Shown here piece after piece: positions 33,801-47,601 of a DNA stretch of 48,959 nucleotides (positions within the stretch are counted from its first letter, which is position 1; every line of letters starts with the position of its first letter). A program made the position numbers and the translations under genes. Location: positions 1 through 48,959 of the forward strand of contig NOWV01000320.1 of NCBI GenBank assembly GCA_003344405.1, in the 5' to 3' direction. Origin of the DNA: Trichoplax sp. H2. Its lineage: Eukaryota. The notes under the pieces were generated by a model. The model was not told where the DNA came from. It searched no databases and was given only the letters and a program-made list of their open reading frames with translations.

Positions 33801-36800
33801 GCTCTGCCAACATGACTACGAATCGCCCTTAACCTGTTTCGGTTATAGATTGTTCCACTCAAAAGTTTCGTCCGTTTCTGATACTGTCCGTCAAACTTAC
33901 TTCCTTACTGTACTGTAATCTTTGGTGCTTATTTAATCGAGGAACTATTTTCTTGAAATATTTTCAGCTGTTTTAATAAAATTACCCCGTGCGATATTTT
34001 TCTTCGCTCAATAGGGTGTATAAAATTGAAAAGCATCTAAATTAAATATATATATATATACATACACTGTTAGATATGAGAACGTAGCTCCAAAGCGTTA
34101 TTCTGCTATTCCGATAAACTATTCTGTCTTCCGCATTGTAAAGCGATGACTCAGATTTCTATGGAAATCTATTGCACTTTCGTTTTAAAACAATAACATC
34201 TAATTTTTAATGAGGCGGCGTCGTCCAAATTCATTAAAGGTCATGACTGAATAACTATTGATATGATTAACATAACTAGTTTCTAGTTCATATTTTCATT
34301 AGTAGAAAGAGATACAAATAACTTTTGAGTCTGCAAGACAAAATTTTACTCTCTTTGTACGATTTCGAAACGATACCTATAATTTTCACTTCTTTAATAC
34401 ATCTGAGAGAATTAATATGATATTAAATATGATGGACTGGTTTATATTATTACCCAATCCTAAGTTTTTAGAAAGGAAGGACAGATTTTTTTGAAATAGA
34501 CCTAACAGAAATAACAAAATATCGCTATAATATGTAATAAACTTTACCCCATTAATGTCGGCAAATTTAAAATGAATGTCAGCGCTAACTACCATTTGTT
34601 AACACTCGCCTGATTTATACAATAATTTACACTGTTATTCAATTTCCTTGGCTAACTTGGTTGTCGCCAACAATCTATATTCTAAAAACTATTAATGATT
34701 GTTGATGTAGATTTTTAAAGCCTACAATTTTTAGTAGGCCTTGTATGACTGTATCCAATTATAACCCAGTTCAAACTCGTATTTTCTCTTTTGAATCATT
34801 TGGTTAAAATTTGCTATCCTTTTCTATTGAGTTAACAATTAATGAATTGGTTATCAATAGAAAAGTAGGTCAAATTAATTTTGTAAATATAGACTATGTA
34901 GATCCTACAACGCAAATGACTAGTAAAATATAAATATATTTATAGATATATAGACTTTCTAGTTAAATTTAATAACTTGTTTTCATCTGTTATCCTACGC
35001 TAAAATCCCCTTGCATCATCTTGCATCAATTAAAAAGCAAATCGTTTTTGGCTGCAATTGCATATGAGCAAAATAGAAAGATACTACCATTTTAAATTGG
35101 ATATTGTATGATACTTATAACAACATTGATTGCAACCGTCGCAGTATTATCACTAGAGTTATTCTAGAAGGCAATCTTCACAGTTCGTTGGTATTTCATA
35201 CATTATTGGTGTTGATTTATATCAATAACAACACAAATAAAAAAAACAGGTGAGAGCTCTGTATATGGGTTTTGCCGTAAAATGTCATATGCAAAAGAGT
35301 TATTAAAGAGATATTAGATAGACTTAATGATTGCCAGCTATCCTCCGGTTGATGAACTGGTGAATCATCTAATCGATACAATTCTATTGAGTAGCTTAAG
35401 CTTTTGTAGCAAGATTTATAAAAAAGTTAGACGCGACAGCACACTTCCTAAATTATTGTATCATTTGCAATGACTAATCCATTGGAATACAAATTGGGTT
35501 CTAGCTAAATNNNNNNNNNNNNNNNNNNNNCTTGCATCATCTTGCATCAATTAAAAAGCAAATCATTTTTGGCTGCAATTGCATATGAGCAAAATAGAAA
35601 GATACTACCATTTTGAATTGGATATTGTATGATACTTATAACAACATTGATGCAACCGTCGCAGTATTATCACTAGAGTTATTCTAGAAGGCAATCTTAA
35701 ATTGTCATATGCAAAAGAGTTATTAAAGAGATATTAGATAGACTTAATGATTGCCAGTTATCCTCCGGTTGATGAACTGGTGAATCATCTAATCGATACA
35801 ATTCTATTGAGTAGCTTAAGCTTTTGTAGCAAGATTTATAAAAAAGTTAGACGCGACAGCACACTTCCTAAATTATTGTATCATTTGCAATGACTAATCC
35901 ATTGGAATACAAATTGGGTTCTAGCTAAATAGAGTAAAAAATTTTGACATTAACCAAGGACGAATAATGCTTGTCATAATGATCGTTAACAATCGCTACC
36001 TTTTCTTACTCGATTGTTTTTAATCAGTAATTTGGGTCGTTATTTTATCATAGTGCTAAAGTTTTGCTTGATTATTTAGCAATGTAAGCATTATTATTCA
36101 ACGGAACAAATGGTAAAAATATAATCCATTATATCAGGCGTATTCGTATTAAATTGACATTTTTTGTCGATTTTCTTCCCCCTCTTTTGGGAAAATTCCA
36201 CCTTCTATAGACATTTAATTTTTATCTATTCATTCTATAGTGCTACGACAGTATTAGGAATAAGTACGGTACAGAAGTAAATAACAATATTACCCATCCA
36301 AAGAGTAATAGTCATGCTTAAAATCAGGCGACTATCGCGATTATTTTTCATATTATTTATATTATTTTTGGCTAACTTTTTTTCTTTTGTGTGTACGTGT
36401 CTGTATCTTCCTTTCGTTGGCAAGTTGATTATATTAATTATAGTAGTGTTCAGCGTTTCCAAGAAACGCTGAACATAAAACAGTATAAGTTTTTTATTAC
36501 ATTGTCCAACTTCATCACCTTACCCGTCGTCAATGCAAATAAAGTACGTAGGTGGATCTATTATACCCGTTTTATACTTAAATAATTCCAGATTGGATTG
36601 TCAACTGCTGAATTTTAAAACTTGTTGTCCAGCACATTTATTATCTGTACACAAGGGTAAATTTTTTGTATATCATAATCAATTGGTTTTCTATCTGACT
36701 CACACTATCAACATTGATTTTCTCTTGTACTAAAATGGAAAATAAGCCTCAAAAGAGTGTAATAGATCAGCAAGGAACACATTCCTGCAGAAGACTAGAT

Positions 36801-39800
36801 AATAAGCCAGGATTTCTATATTTTTCCTTATTTTAATGTAGTTGCAGTCTTATTATTTACGCTAGTGTAGTAGACTATTTACTCGCCTGCAAGCGCAGGG
36901 ATTAGCTTCTATTTTGATGTCTATATTATCATTTTATTAAATTATGGTTACAAATGATAGTACAGGATATCAAGTCAAGTTGCTTTCTATATAACGGATT
37001 TCCATTTTTCAATGTATATTCCGCTATTTTATAATGCATAGCTTAGTAATGATTGATCCCTTAAAACAGAGATTTATTTTAAGAAATAGGCTAGCGGCTT
37101 TATGATTACTTTCATGTGATGATATAATCTAGAAGGGAAAAAATGGTACGGAATGATACAGATGATCATCGGCATTGCAACCAATACAAAGTTGTAATTA
37201 TTCTTAAGAATTAAATATGAAGGTAGAAAGTAGGGTAGTGAATAGAAAAAAAACATCTTGAAAATTACTGCTATATGCAGGACTAGTATATAAATTAATA
37301 ATACCTAGCGTAAAAGGTTAGGCACTTTCAATAATTTATCTTGGAAGTCAGATCTATTACTAGTACTCAAAATATAAAAATCACCAGCACTGAAAGGCAA
37401 CCCTATTGCATTCTACTATGACTTTGACCATGCCATTTTTCACAGTATAGCAATAGAATTGGCCACAAAATCAATTGAATATATGATGAAAAACAATAAC
37501 AATAATAACCCCGTAAAATTATAAAATAAAGATGAATTCAAGACTATTGATTCACATTCTTTAATAGCACTTTTTATAGATTTGATTATAGAAAGGTGAC
37601 CGTATGACGTAGCCGATGGCTCTATCCTACTATTCTATGCATACATTTTTGAAGTCCCCTTTTACACTTTTGATGATGTATGCAGCGTATCAATAGAGTT
37701 GAAATAATCTAATGCCAATGAGGGAAAATTTTTAATTGTCATCACTCTTTAATTATGTAAGAGCTAGACATAGTTGCTATTGAATATCAAGCACTATGAT
37801 GGACTCTTCTACAGTCTTTACAATTATAGCTGTTATCACGTTTTGCCAGCCATCCAATGACGACAATAATATTAGTCCAATCAGAAGATTGGAAAATTAT
37901 TCCATAACTCTACTTATTACCAGAGTTGATAGATGGATTTCATTCAATTTTAATTCGTATTGAATACAATACAACCACAAAAGAAAATGATCTACAATCC
38001 TATGGATCTTCACCTGATCGATTGCTTCCTTATTCATTAGATCCGACGTATATCATATACGTTGGCGTTATTATTGTTGTTGTTATTTTCATGTTATAAG
38101 TAGTACTGAACCCATCCCTTAATATCATTTTATCACTTTTTTTGTAACAGTAAAATCTTTCTTCTATACTTGTTACTATTAAATACACTTGTATTTCTCT
38201 TTTAAAATTCAATTTTTCTCCTCAAACTTATTTTTCATGACCATTCTCGACGTTATGTTTTCCAATCCAGAAGTCAGTTCATCACCATCGTCAAAACCAG
38301 CTAGTCCTGCTGAATCACCTTCCAGTACCGGCGGTGGCTCTAATCCAAATGGCAGTGGCAATCGTTCCAATAATAACGGTTTGTAAAGGATTTTTTATTT
38401 CTCCAGCAACACAACAGATATTACGAGGAAATTTTTTTATTTATTGCGCCTTGATTTCCTAATCTAAATCTCTTCTTGCCCTATTTCAATAAGTAAATTA
38501 TCGGAATTAGCGTAAAAAAAGTCTTTTAACGTGTTAATGTAACAGCGATGAAATTAAACTCTAGTGTTATCAACTATCATCCGTATTTTTATTGTCATCT
38601 CTTCTATTTTATTATCCCTTCCATAAGTTTGGATATTTCAATATAGAATTGATAGCTTAGCTTTAATAATCTCAAATTAATGTCAAAAAAATTATTTAAA
38701 TTGATAATACTAGTTTTCTATTCTCTATTTCTATATTACGAAAATATCTAGAAGCGCAACTTCTTAGATACTATGGGTAAATAGCAATTTTGTTGAAAAG
38801 TACTTATTTAGATTGAGTGGTATCAGATTAAAGCAAAAATACTTCGATTTATAACTGTTTAAAAAAACAACATCTGGTAGAGTACCGATATTATTAATAG
38901 TACCCAGCTAAGCGAAAAAAATGGCGTTCAATCACATTCTTTTTCAACATGTTCTTAATGATATATTTTTACTCTTTTAAATTTTTAATTATAACCGGCA
39001 AGTGATAATTTTCTAGTTTGTTTTAGCTACAGAAAAAAGGAAAATTTAGTCAATAGTTTGCCTTACTTTTAGCCATACATAAGATCAGTTATCATAGATT
39101 ACTCCCTCTCTTCCCCAAAAATGCAGCAGATTAAAAATGCCAGAAAAATGTTCAAAGGAAAGGATAGGGAGAGTGTGGGAGTTGAGCTGGCAGATTTCTA
39201 TTCTTTACCTGCGATTGTTACAACATTTACGATACAGTATCATGCTCATATTGTTCTCAGTATTTGTTGATACTTTAAAAGGACCAATTGATTGAATGCT
39301 GTATTGCTATATAGGAAGGAAGCGAGTCTAAATTAAATTAAACTGTGTCAGGAAATTTAGAACTATAATAGAGTAGATCATTATAAAGGTATATTTAACC
39401 AAACTTGATTCTCATAGTTAATATCAATACCTTTAATATTTTTTAATGAATATTATCCCAAGAGTAATTTAATGTTACTATTTATATCCAAAAATTAAAT
39501 CTAATGCAGGTGCCTTTTCTCATTTTATGGCCGCTATTCATTTCAATTTCTCCTGTATGATTAACTATAGATTTACCTTTATTGTCAGAGTATATCTATT
39601 CCGTCAGTCTTCCACATTCTTTGACTCGCCTTTATAATGCATTATGGTCATCGATAATTTATATATAATACGCATATATACGTATACATATGCCTATACG
39701 TCAATGTAAGAAATAAGTGAATAATATAGCGTTAATAATTTGACTGATCATCTGCTGTATTAACTCATCAGAGGCATGAAATTAATTAATCATAAAATGT

Positions 39801-42800
39801 ATTGCCATCTTTTTTTTTATTTAAAATCTACATTTTATTAATAATATAAATGCATGTTTATATGCATGTCATTTATTTTTTAATATACTGGCTATTGACA
39901 ATTATGGCATGATTGACATTGAAAATGGAAGATAAACAACTTCAGTTAACCACGCTATCACTACAAAATTTTACAAACAACAATACTTATGGTGAAAATA
40001 CTACTGATTCCTAGTATTGAATGTTAATCTTAGCCTCGTCTTCATATCATGATAACAGTAGTAATCGATAATATGAAAGTTACTCCATTAAATACTTTTG
40101 TTTGCATATCAAATGACGCTTAGCTTTCAAGTCAAAGGACTATCAGTAATAAACGATTAATATTGTGTGTGATATCGGTGACATTTCTACTTGGCCATAA
40201 TATTAAAAGCCATTCGCTTTCTTCTTCCGCTTGTTGACCCAAGCCATTTAATTTAGAAGCCTTATTTAAAACTGTACTTTCTATTGGAAATCAAAGACGT
40301 AAAAGCAAGGAGTTAGTAGGATAACCGTTTCATCGGATTTGCATAATCCTCTTTAAGTTCTGATAACCAATTCATATTCAATTTGCTAATGCTGTATGTA
40401 TGCGCCTTTTTCAGTGCAATATTGAATTTCTCAACGTCGTACTAACTTTATTCTGTACGAAGTGCATTCAAATCGCTTGTATGTTACAATCGAAAAATTT
40501 ATCTTCTCATACTATCCCAATAGTAAAACTTTAAAATTTTTGTGATATAATGACTACCTTATATATTTAGCAGTATTTAAGAAAATTCAATTTAATAGTA
40601 GCGGTACTGGATTCAACTATTAGAGTAGATCTACTTTATATACGGTATGCTATCTTTTACGCCGATATTTAGTAATTTTCATTAACGAAAACTCAATGTG
40701 AATTCTTATCTACTGAATTTATTATGATAGCAAGGATCGTAATTAATTAATACATCTGTATGCATAATTTAATAGTGTAAGCGATACTCTACGTACTCTC
40801 TTATATGCCAATTATTGCTTCAGTCGAACGATTACGTTCTTAATTAACAGAGAAAATTATACATAATATATGCCTTGTGTTCGGCAATACACTACTTATT
40901 AATTAATTATATTAATAATTAATTGACAATTACATTTTATCCGTTGACATAAACCAGTTAATTAATTAAAAAGGTGGATCTAGGCAGTAAGCAAAGAAAA
41001 AAGTGTAACTACCTCACTAAAGAAGTTAATAATTTGTTGTGATCTACTAATACTCATTTATCCACATGTTAAAATCGAGTAAATGATGATCACAGTTAAA
41101 GATCACAAAATTGTATTAGTTGGATGAGAATTATATTTAGATGTAAAGTACAATTGTATGATCTGTTTCGCCATAGTTGCTCTTACTCAATAGATTGCTG
41201 AGTATACAGTTTTTATATCCGGCGTAAAATAATCACATAATTTATTATCGAATATGAAAGTATTCTTTAAAAAATTGCTAACTTAATTGCAGACGAAATG
41301 ATGAAAAATATTTGTGGCATCTTTACATAATAGGAATCGTGTATTGAAAGCCTTTAATTATTACACGCGTTCATAGATTTGTGTGTTTATTGCATTGCCA
41401 ATGCCAAGCAAATTATTATTGCACTATTCAAATATATATTCAATATTCATTCTTTAAGTCTGGCCTTACTAACAAATGGGTAATTACAAATTACTGATCT
41501 ATAAAAAAATTACCCAATGTTCTATATTCTGAGTTATTTAAATCCGTAGTAACGTCATCGCTTTAAAAATAGATTCAATATCAATTTGCTTCAGTCCGGA
41601 TTTATAAAATTTTAGTAAAAAAGATAGACAACTACCCAAAGTATAAACTTTAACTAATTGTCTATTGAGCGAACTACAGAATATGGAATAGTAAAGTTGC
41701 TAAATCTCGTAAATTTTCTGACGATTGTCTTTTTTTTCTACGATTCTTTTCCAATCTCTAATTAAAAATCATACGATAATCAACGTCATTGCTTCCATAG
41801 TAACATTTTCATAATTTAATTTATTTCTGTCAGATTGTTAAGCTAAAAAACTGATAAGTTTATGACATGAATCACTGAGTATATCATATATGCATAGTAA
41901 TGTAACAATGAAATTTTATGCACTATAGTTGCTAGCCTCGAATACTGGATATTTCAAAAATTTGTGTCCAATTCAGTTATCTTAAACCTAAATTGTAATA
42001 ACCAAGTAATAGTCTCCTGCTATTACTACTACTATAATTACCTGAGATCAATACATCTCTCAATTGTGATTGTAAATTAATTTAAATTCACAACTACTTT
42101 TACATATTGGTAAAGCATGATAAAATAGTTCATAAATACATTTGAGCCTCTATTTGAGGCTATCAATATGAGTTTTGAATGTAAAGGCTTATTCAAAGTT
42201 AACTTAATAAGAGCAAATTGACATCTAAGCAAATACGTCTTTACATTATTTGATAATTTTTTAGCCAGTTATGATCTTAATTAATTTTATTAAGTCAATA
42301 TCACAATTGAGCTATTAATAAACATGACGAATTTTGTTATCCAAGAACTTCATCGAATTTTAATTCCTTTGATACTACCGATTTATTTTATTTCAAATCT
42401 CATATTAATTTTCGCCAGCTGATTATAGTATATTTGGTAAATGATAAAGTTCCACGGTTACCGGATTTATTTCTACTAAAATCAAGAAACCTATTTACAA
42501 ATTTTAATGTATAATATAATAAAGATAAAAATGGAGCTATAGTCAAATTTGTTTCATTAAATAGAAGGTCAATATGAACTTATATGCAATATATCTAAGC
42601 ATTTTTTAAATATACTATATCAATATCCCAAAAATCCAATTACAAATGTAGTAGTGGACAATAGATCAAGTATACGTTGTTAAATAGTTTGCTGCTTTGG
42701 TTGATGAAACTGTGTATATGAAACTATGTATATGAAATAAGTAGCTAAAAATTCATTTATGGTTATTGCATATAGCATACTAAATAAGCAATTTTAACTA

Positions 42801-43366
42801 CTGTATATATTAATATAATTGTTACGTTCTCATCATTAGGTGGTCAAATCCAATTGTGGCAGTTCCTGTTGGAGTTACTGAATGACAATCAGAACAGTTC
42901 TTGCATTAGTTGGGAAGGAACCAATGGTGAATTTCAATTGCGTGATCCTGATGAAGTAGCAAGACGTTGGGGTGAACGTAAAAGCAAGCCCAACATGAAC
43001 TACGATAAATTAAGTCGTGCGCTTCGTTATTATTACGAGAAGAATATTATGACGAAAATCCATGGCAAGCGATACGCATACAAATTCGACTTTAATAGCT
43101 TGGTACAACTTAGTCAACAAAGTCAAGGTGTAACCAATATTAAATTGCCTAATTTTGACGCAAACATCGTTGCTAAAGAGGTTTATCATTATCCCACAAT
43201 GACTGCTTATCGAGCTCCACCCCCATCATTGCATAATACAACTGCATTATATCATCCATATCTGAACGGATTCCATACCATATCGCAACAACCAAGTTTG
43301 GCTTATCCACCACTACCAAGATTACCTGGGCCTTGTTGGGCATCATGTGGCGGTAACTACTATTAA
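24870..43366 (+). CDS. ETS-domain transcription factor of the ERG/FLI1/FEV family, no PNT domain, 3 coding exons, 239 aa
   Basis: Exon 1 is 24870-24954 ([28 protein letters not shown], donor gtaagt). Exon 2 is 38271-38378 (S/P/G-rich, ccag acceptor, gtttgt donor). Exon 3 is 42840-43366. Both introns are phase 1 and the 720-nt frame is open. Linking exon 1 across 13.3 kb is inferred from phase and splice-site quality. Confidence 0.72.
35010..35930. other. Assembly gap (N 35511-35530) with duplicated flanks, probably two haplotypes
   Basis: 35010-35510 is repeated at 35531-35930 with SNPs, a 1-bp indel and a ~100-bp segment (~35179-35278) present only in the left copy. Confidence 0.9.
42840..43366 (+). 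CDS. Terminal exon encoding the complete ETS DNA-binding domain (ERG/FLI1/FEV type)
   Basis: [14 protein letters not shown]...WEGTNGEF...[50 protein letters not shown]. The C-terminus GGNYY-stop resembles the ERG/FLI1 ending (HLG[T/S]YY). Acceptor cattag at 42834-42839. Confidence 0.97.
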
Positions 43367-44254
43367 TGGGAAGTTACGATTACTTTCAAAGGGCACCCTT
43401 AACATCTCACATTCTTACACTTGCTATCATATCTATATCCTTCTGCGAATGTATTTCCAAAATCAGCTTTTGATTATGGTAGATGAAGTGTGTTATAAAC
43501 AAGAATGATTGCCAAGTCAAATCAAGAATTTCCTATCATCAGATAAAGCCACGTAGAAATAGTGAGCTTGAAGCGAATATAAATCGCGTTCCAAATGGTG
43601 AAAATATCGAATGATGGTACTTATCAATGCCTACTTGCATCCTACTAATTGCTGTATCAATATGATTCCGTTTATTAATTCAAGCTCAAGTTGATGGCAT
43701 ATTATTAGATGTGTGATTAAACATGATGCTTTGCAACCGTTATAAAACTTTATTTTAACATTTAATGGCAGTAAAATAATATTGCCATCTGCATCTTCAT
43801 AAACTATCATTCTTTATTCTTGATTTATTGCACTTACAAATGAAAGAAAGAATCAATATTTTATTTGTTATTCTAATAATATCATTCTTCTTGAGTATTA
43901 TACTAGCAAGAAATATAGAAAGGCTTGCATGTATCCAATTATATGTCTTACCAAAAGTCTTGATCATAATTTCAGCTGTATAGACTATTATTTAAATTTT
44001 TCTGTCGATATTCTTCTTTTATGCCCTGTAAACATGGCTTTCTATTTTTGCTTATTGTTAGTGAACCTTCTAAATTTTAAATCTATCTCATTTCCTTTTA
44101 CATAATGAAATATTGCGCGTACACACGCAAAATATAGCATGTGCTTTGAGTCTTAGAAACAGTTATATTAAAAATATATATTCCTGTATGGTAACAAATC
44201 AATGGATCTATCTGTCTATAAATATAAGTGTACATAAAAAATATTTACCCAATT

Positions 44255-44326
44255 TATCTATCTGTCAATCTATCTATCCGTCGATTTGTCTATCCATCTA
44301 CCTACCTATCTACTTGTCTATCTACA

Positions 44327-44367
<41 letters not shown>

Positions 44368-44490
44368 GTCTATCTATCTGTCTATCTATCTGTCAATCAA
44401 TCTATCTATCAATCAGTCAATCTATCTATTTAGCTATCTGTTTATCTGTGTATGCAACTGCGTATCTAACTATTTATTTGTCTATCTATT
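44255..44490. repeat. (TCTA/TCTG)n tetranucleotide microsatellite (GATA-type)
   Basis: Near-perfect (ATCT)n core at ~44328-44400 with degenerate flanks. Confidence 0.95.
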
Positions 44491-46912
44491 TAACTTAATA
44501 TATAAATTATTGAGCCAGATTTATGTTACAAGTTATAATGGCAATCAGTTATGCTATTCCTGGGTTTGCTTCTCGAAGCAACGAATTATTCTGTTTATGA
44601 AGGAAGACTTAAAAGTTTTTATGTTGTGCGGTGTCTTGTTACAGCTGTATCAACATTAATGGTATTATTATTTGTCTTAATTTCAGCAAGTTGAGTGCCA
44701 TTGTAACTTGATCACCTCAAATATTCTACAATCACAGCTTTTAGTTATGCTGAAAGAAGATTTGCTATTCTATCATGAATATATTCTTAACTTATATAGT
44801 ATGCAAATATTGAAATTCTTATTTTATTTAGCCATTACATTACAGTATATTGATTATAGCAGACACAAATTACATACCTGCTAACATAAATCATAGTTAT
44901 CATCAATTGGATATAGTATATACTGTTGACTGATTATTCCTTTTTACGAGTATAAACTGTCCAATTGATTGTACGAGAAAGATTTGTATCATATACAAAT
45001 TCCATGTTTAATAATAGATTTCTTATTATTAATCTTTTAATTTTTCGGCAGGAAATTGCCAGTGTGGAAGCCTATTTCCTTTATTATCCAGTCTTATGGT
45101 CAACATGCTTTGTTCTATTTTGAGTTTACTGTTATAACTATTTTTGGTTGCTTTCTGCTTTTCAAGTAGCTATATACTATTATACAGCATTATAAAAGTA
45201 GATCAGTATTTCACACCGAATTCATACTGCTATGATAATTTGTGGATGTGTTATTGCTAATATTGATAAATGATACTCTCCATCTAAATTCGTTATGATC
45301 AATTTATCCACATAAACATGTAAATATCCATATCAAAATATCTGTTATACATGCATATAAAATGATGATTATATTAATCTCATTTCCATTTTATTGAATA
45401 ATGATATGACTTATGCACACTATCTGTTTAGCTCTATAAAAATGTTTGTCGTTCCACAGGCCATCGCCTATAGCTGTTGATATTTTGATGATATTTTATT
45501 TTATTTGATCCTGTGATTTAATTTAAGCGTTCAGTTATATCATTCACTCAATTTGGGTCATAACCACATCACTTTGTTATATCTTAAAATCTATCTCTCT
45601 CTCTATATATATATATGTATACGGTATTAAAAGTAAACTGAATTAATCTTACTGATTGAACACGGTTGCAAAGCTAAGGTTAAATATTCTTATTTATGAT
45701 TATTGATTATATTGCCTTTTATTTGTCGGTATAAACAACATTGTGGACTACTGTGTTTTTTTGGGGGGCATCATGATGGCATTTAGCATTGCCAGCATTT
45801 ATATCAATGCTCTTTGTCAACACCACTAATACTATGGCATAATTTACTGTCTGATAGTAGACATTTTAAATCAGAAATTTTTTCTTACTATTATATTTGG
45901 TGCATAAGACTGGTTTCCAAAAATTTTATTTAATTATCCATTTTATTTGACTTGATATAAATCCCTATTGGCCGAAATGTCCATTTTTCATCCGGCTGTA
46001 ATGTATCATTGTAAATGATACCATAAGAAATATTAGTTACTATTAACCAATCAAACTTTTCAGTTTTATTGGCATGGCTAAAAAGTAATATGGCCATTAT
46101 CTATGATTATGCGTATCATCAATTACAGTTTATTCATATATATGTAAGCTTAATGCATTGATTCTAATTTTAATGATGGCTTATCTTTCAAACATTATTA
46201 TTGCAGTAAAGTTTACTTTCATCTGGTCTGCAAATTAAGCTACTGATGTCGTTTAATGAATTAATTCATTCTACGGGTATGCGCGTATTATTGATGAAGT
46301 CGACACGCCATTCGTTGAGTATCTCTACGTCGACTAGATCAGAGCAAAACAATCTTGCAAGTTCGATCTGTTGCCTGTTTGAGTTCAAGACTAACTGAGC
46401 GGCAGTATTTATCGATTAGCGTAAATTAAGATCCAATTAAGTTACGAATAGTGTTTGTGCAATATTCTCGTTGCTTATTTACATTTCGAGTTCCAAGTCG
46501 AGCTGTCTGTAGACCCTATACTGTAGAGCGAACGTACTATAGCCAGTAGACCTAACCATTTTCCCGTGCCATATCCAAAAAAATGCCGCTGAAACGGCCG
46601 TATATCTTCATTATGCAACAAATGCATTGAAGATGCGTAGCCTTTCCAGTAGCATTGAAGGATATGCGATCAGCGGACGTTGTTACTCTGGTATGTCGTT
46701 TGACGATTTACTAAGCTACTCTACCCTTGTTTATTAAACAATCTTGGGTTAAAATTGACTTTAATGTATAAAATTATAGCTTAAATAAGTCATATTAACT
46801 ATAAATGCGTTAAAATTAGTACTATGCTGCCGAGAAAGCAGACACAAGATGTCCAAACTAACTATGTATTTCATTCCGATCTTCGCCAGCAGTGAGAACT
46901 AGAAAGACCTCG

Positions 46913-47299
46913 ACTGACCACTCCTTCGGACAGACGGATTTTTCTTCCCGAATGAGGCCATCAATATGGAAAAATGGCTACTTCCAATTTTTAGTATGGA
47001 TCTTCCCTGTCTATTTTGGAAATCACTAGTTACTAATTTAAATAACATCGACGATCTTACAGTACTGTTTGCAAGCAGAATTTAGAAATGGATAACAAGA
47101 ATCAACGTCATATTACTTCATTTAGAAAAAATCAGTCCCTTTCAAATCGGTGGTCTGCTGACTAAAGTAATGTTCTACAGTAAGCAAGTGTTTGAAACAC
47201 TATTTTGACGAAATGAAGGCGACAGTTCTGTCCGTTCAAGAGTGAAGAGTCCTGTTTCAGGTCTCCTTTCTAGTAATCCATGTACACTTGTACAATGTA
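46913..47299 (-). repeat. Dispersed repeat of unknown family, copy B (inverted relative to copy A at 630-970)
   Basis: See copy A. This copy carries an extra ~45-bp segment (~46952-46996) that is absent from copy A. Confidence 0.8.
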
Positions 47300-47428
47300 G
47301 AGTAGACCATAGGAGAACAGCAAAAGTTGTTTGAATCATTGCTTACCCCTCTCCACTCTAACCCTAACCGTAACTGAGAGGGTAAGCAATGATTTAAACA
47401 ACTTTTGCTATTCTACTATGGTCTACTG
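47300..47428. mobile_element. 129-bp MITE, probably Tc1/mariner superfamily, with ~53-bp TIRs, TA target duplication and a telomere-like spacer
   Basis: Left arm 47300-47353 (gAGTAGACCATAGgAGAAcAGCAAAAGTTGTTTgAATCATTGCTTACCCcTCTC) is the reverse complement of right arm 47376-47428, with 4 mismatches and 1 indel. It is flanked by TA at 47298-99 and 47429-30. The right terminus is ...CTACTG. The spacer is CACTCTAACCCTAACCGTAACT. Confidence 0.85.
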
Positions 47429-47601
47429 TACACTGTACAGTTCTACAGCATTGTGTAGTGAAGTCAATTCTTAACTGCGTGCCAGCGCCATGCTATCTGT
47501 TTGCTTTCAAGTTTCTATTTCAAAAGAAAATTACAGATCAAGTAGCTTACTCGCCTGATTTGAAGCGCGGAGCTTACTGTACTAGAAAGTTGATAGTGTA
47601 A

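Noticed and set aside
20013..37256. Numerous 60-90 aa ORFs in the intergenic region and ETS intron 1
   Set aside because: AT-rich I/N/K/F/L-biased translations, often with non-ATG starts, with no motifs and no consistent splice chain. 30449-30640 has a plausible acceptor but no identifiable product.
44113..44659. Three overlapping ORFs with YLSI repeats
   Set aside because: Translations of the (TCTA)n microsatellite.
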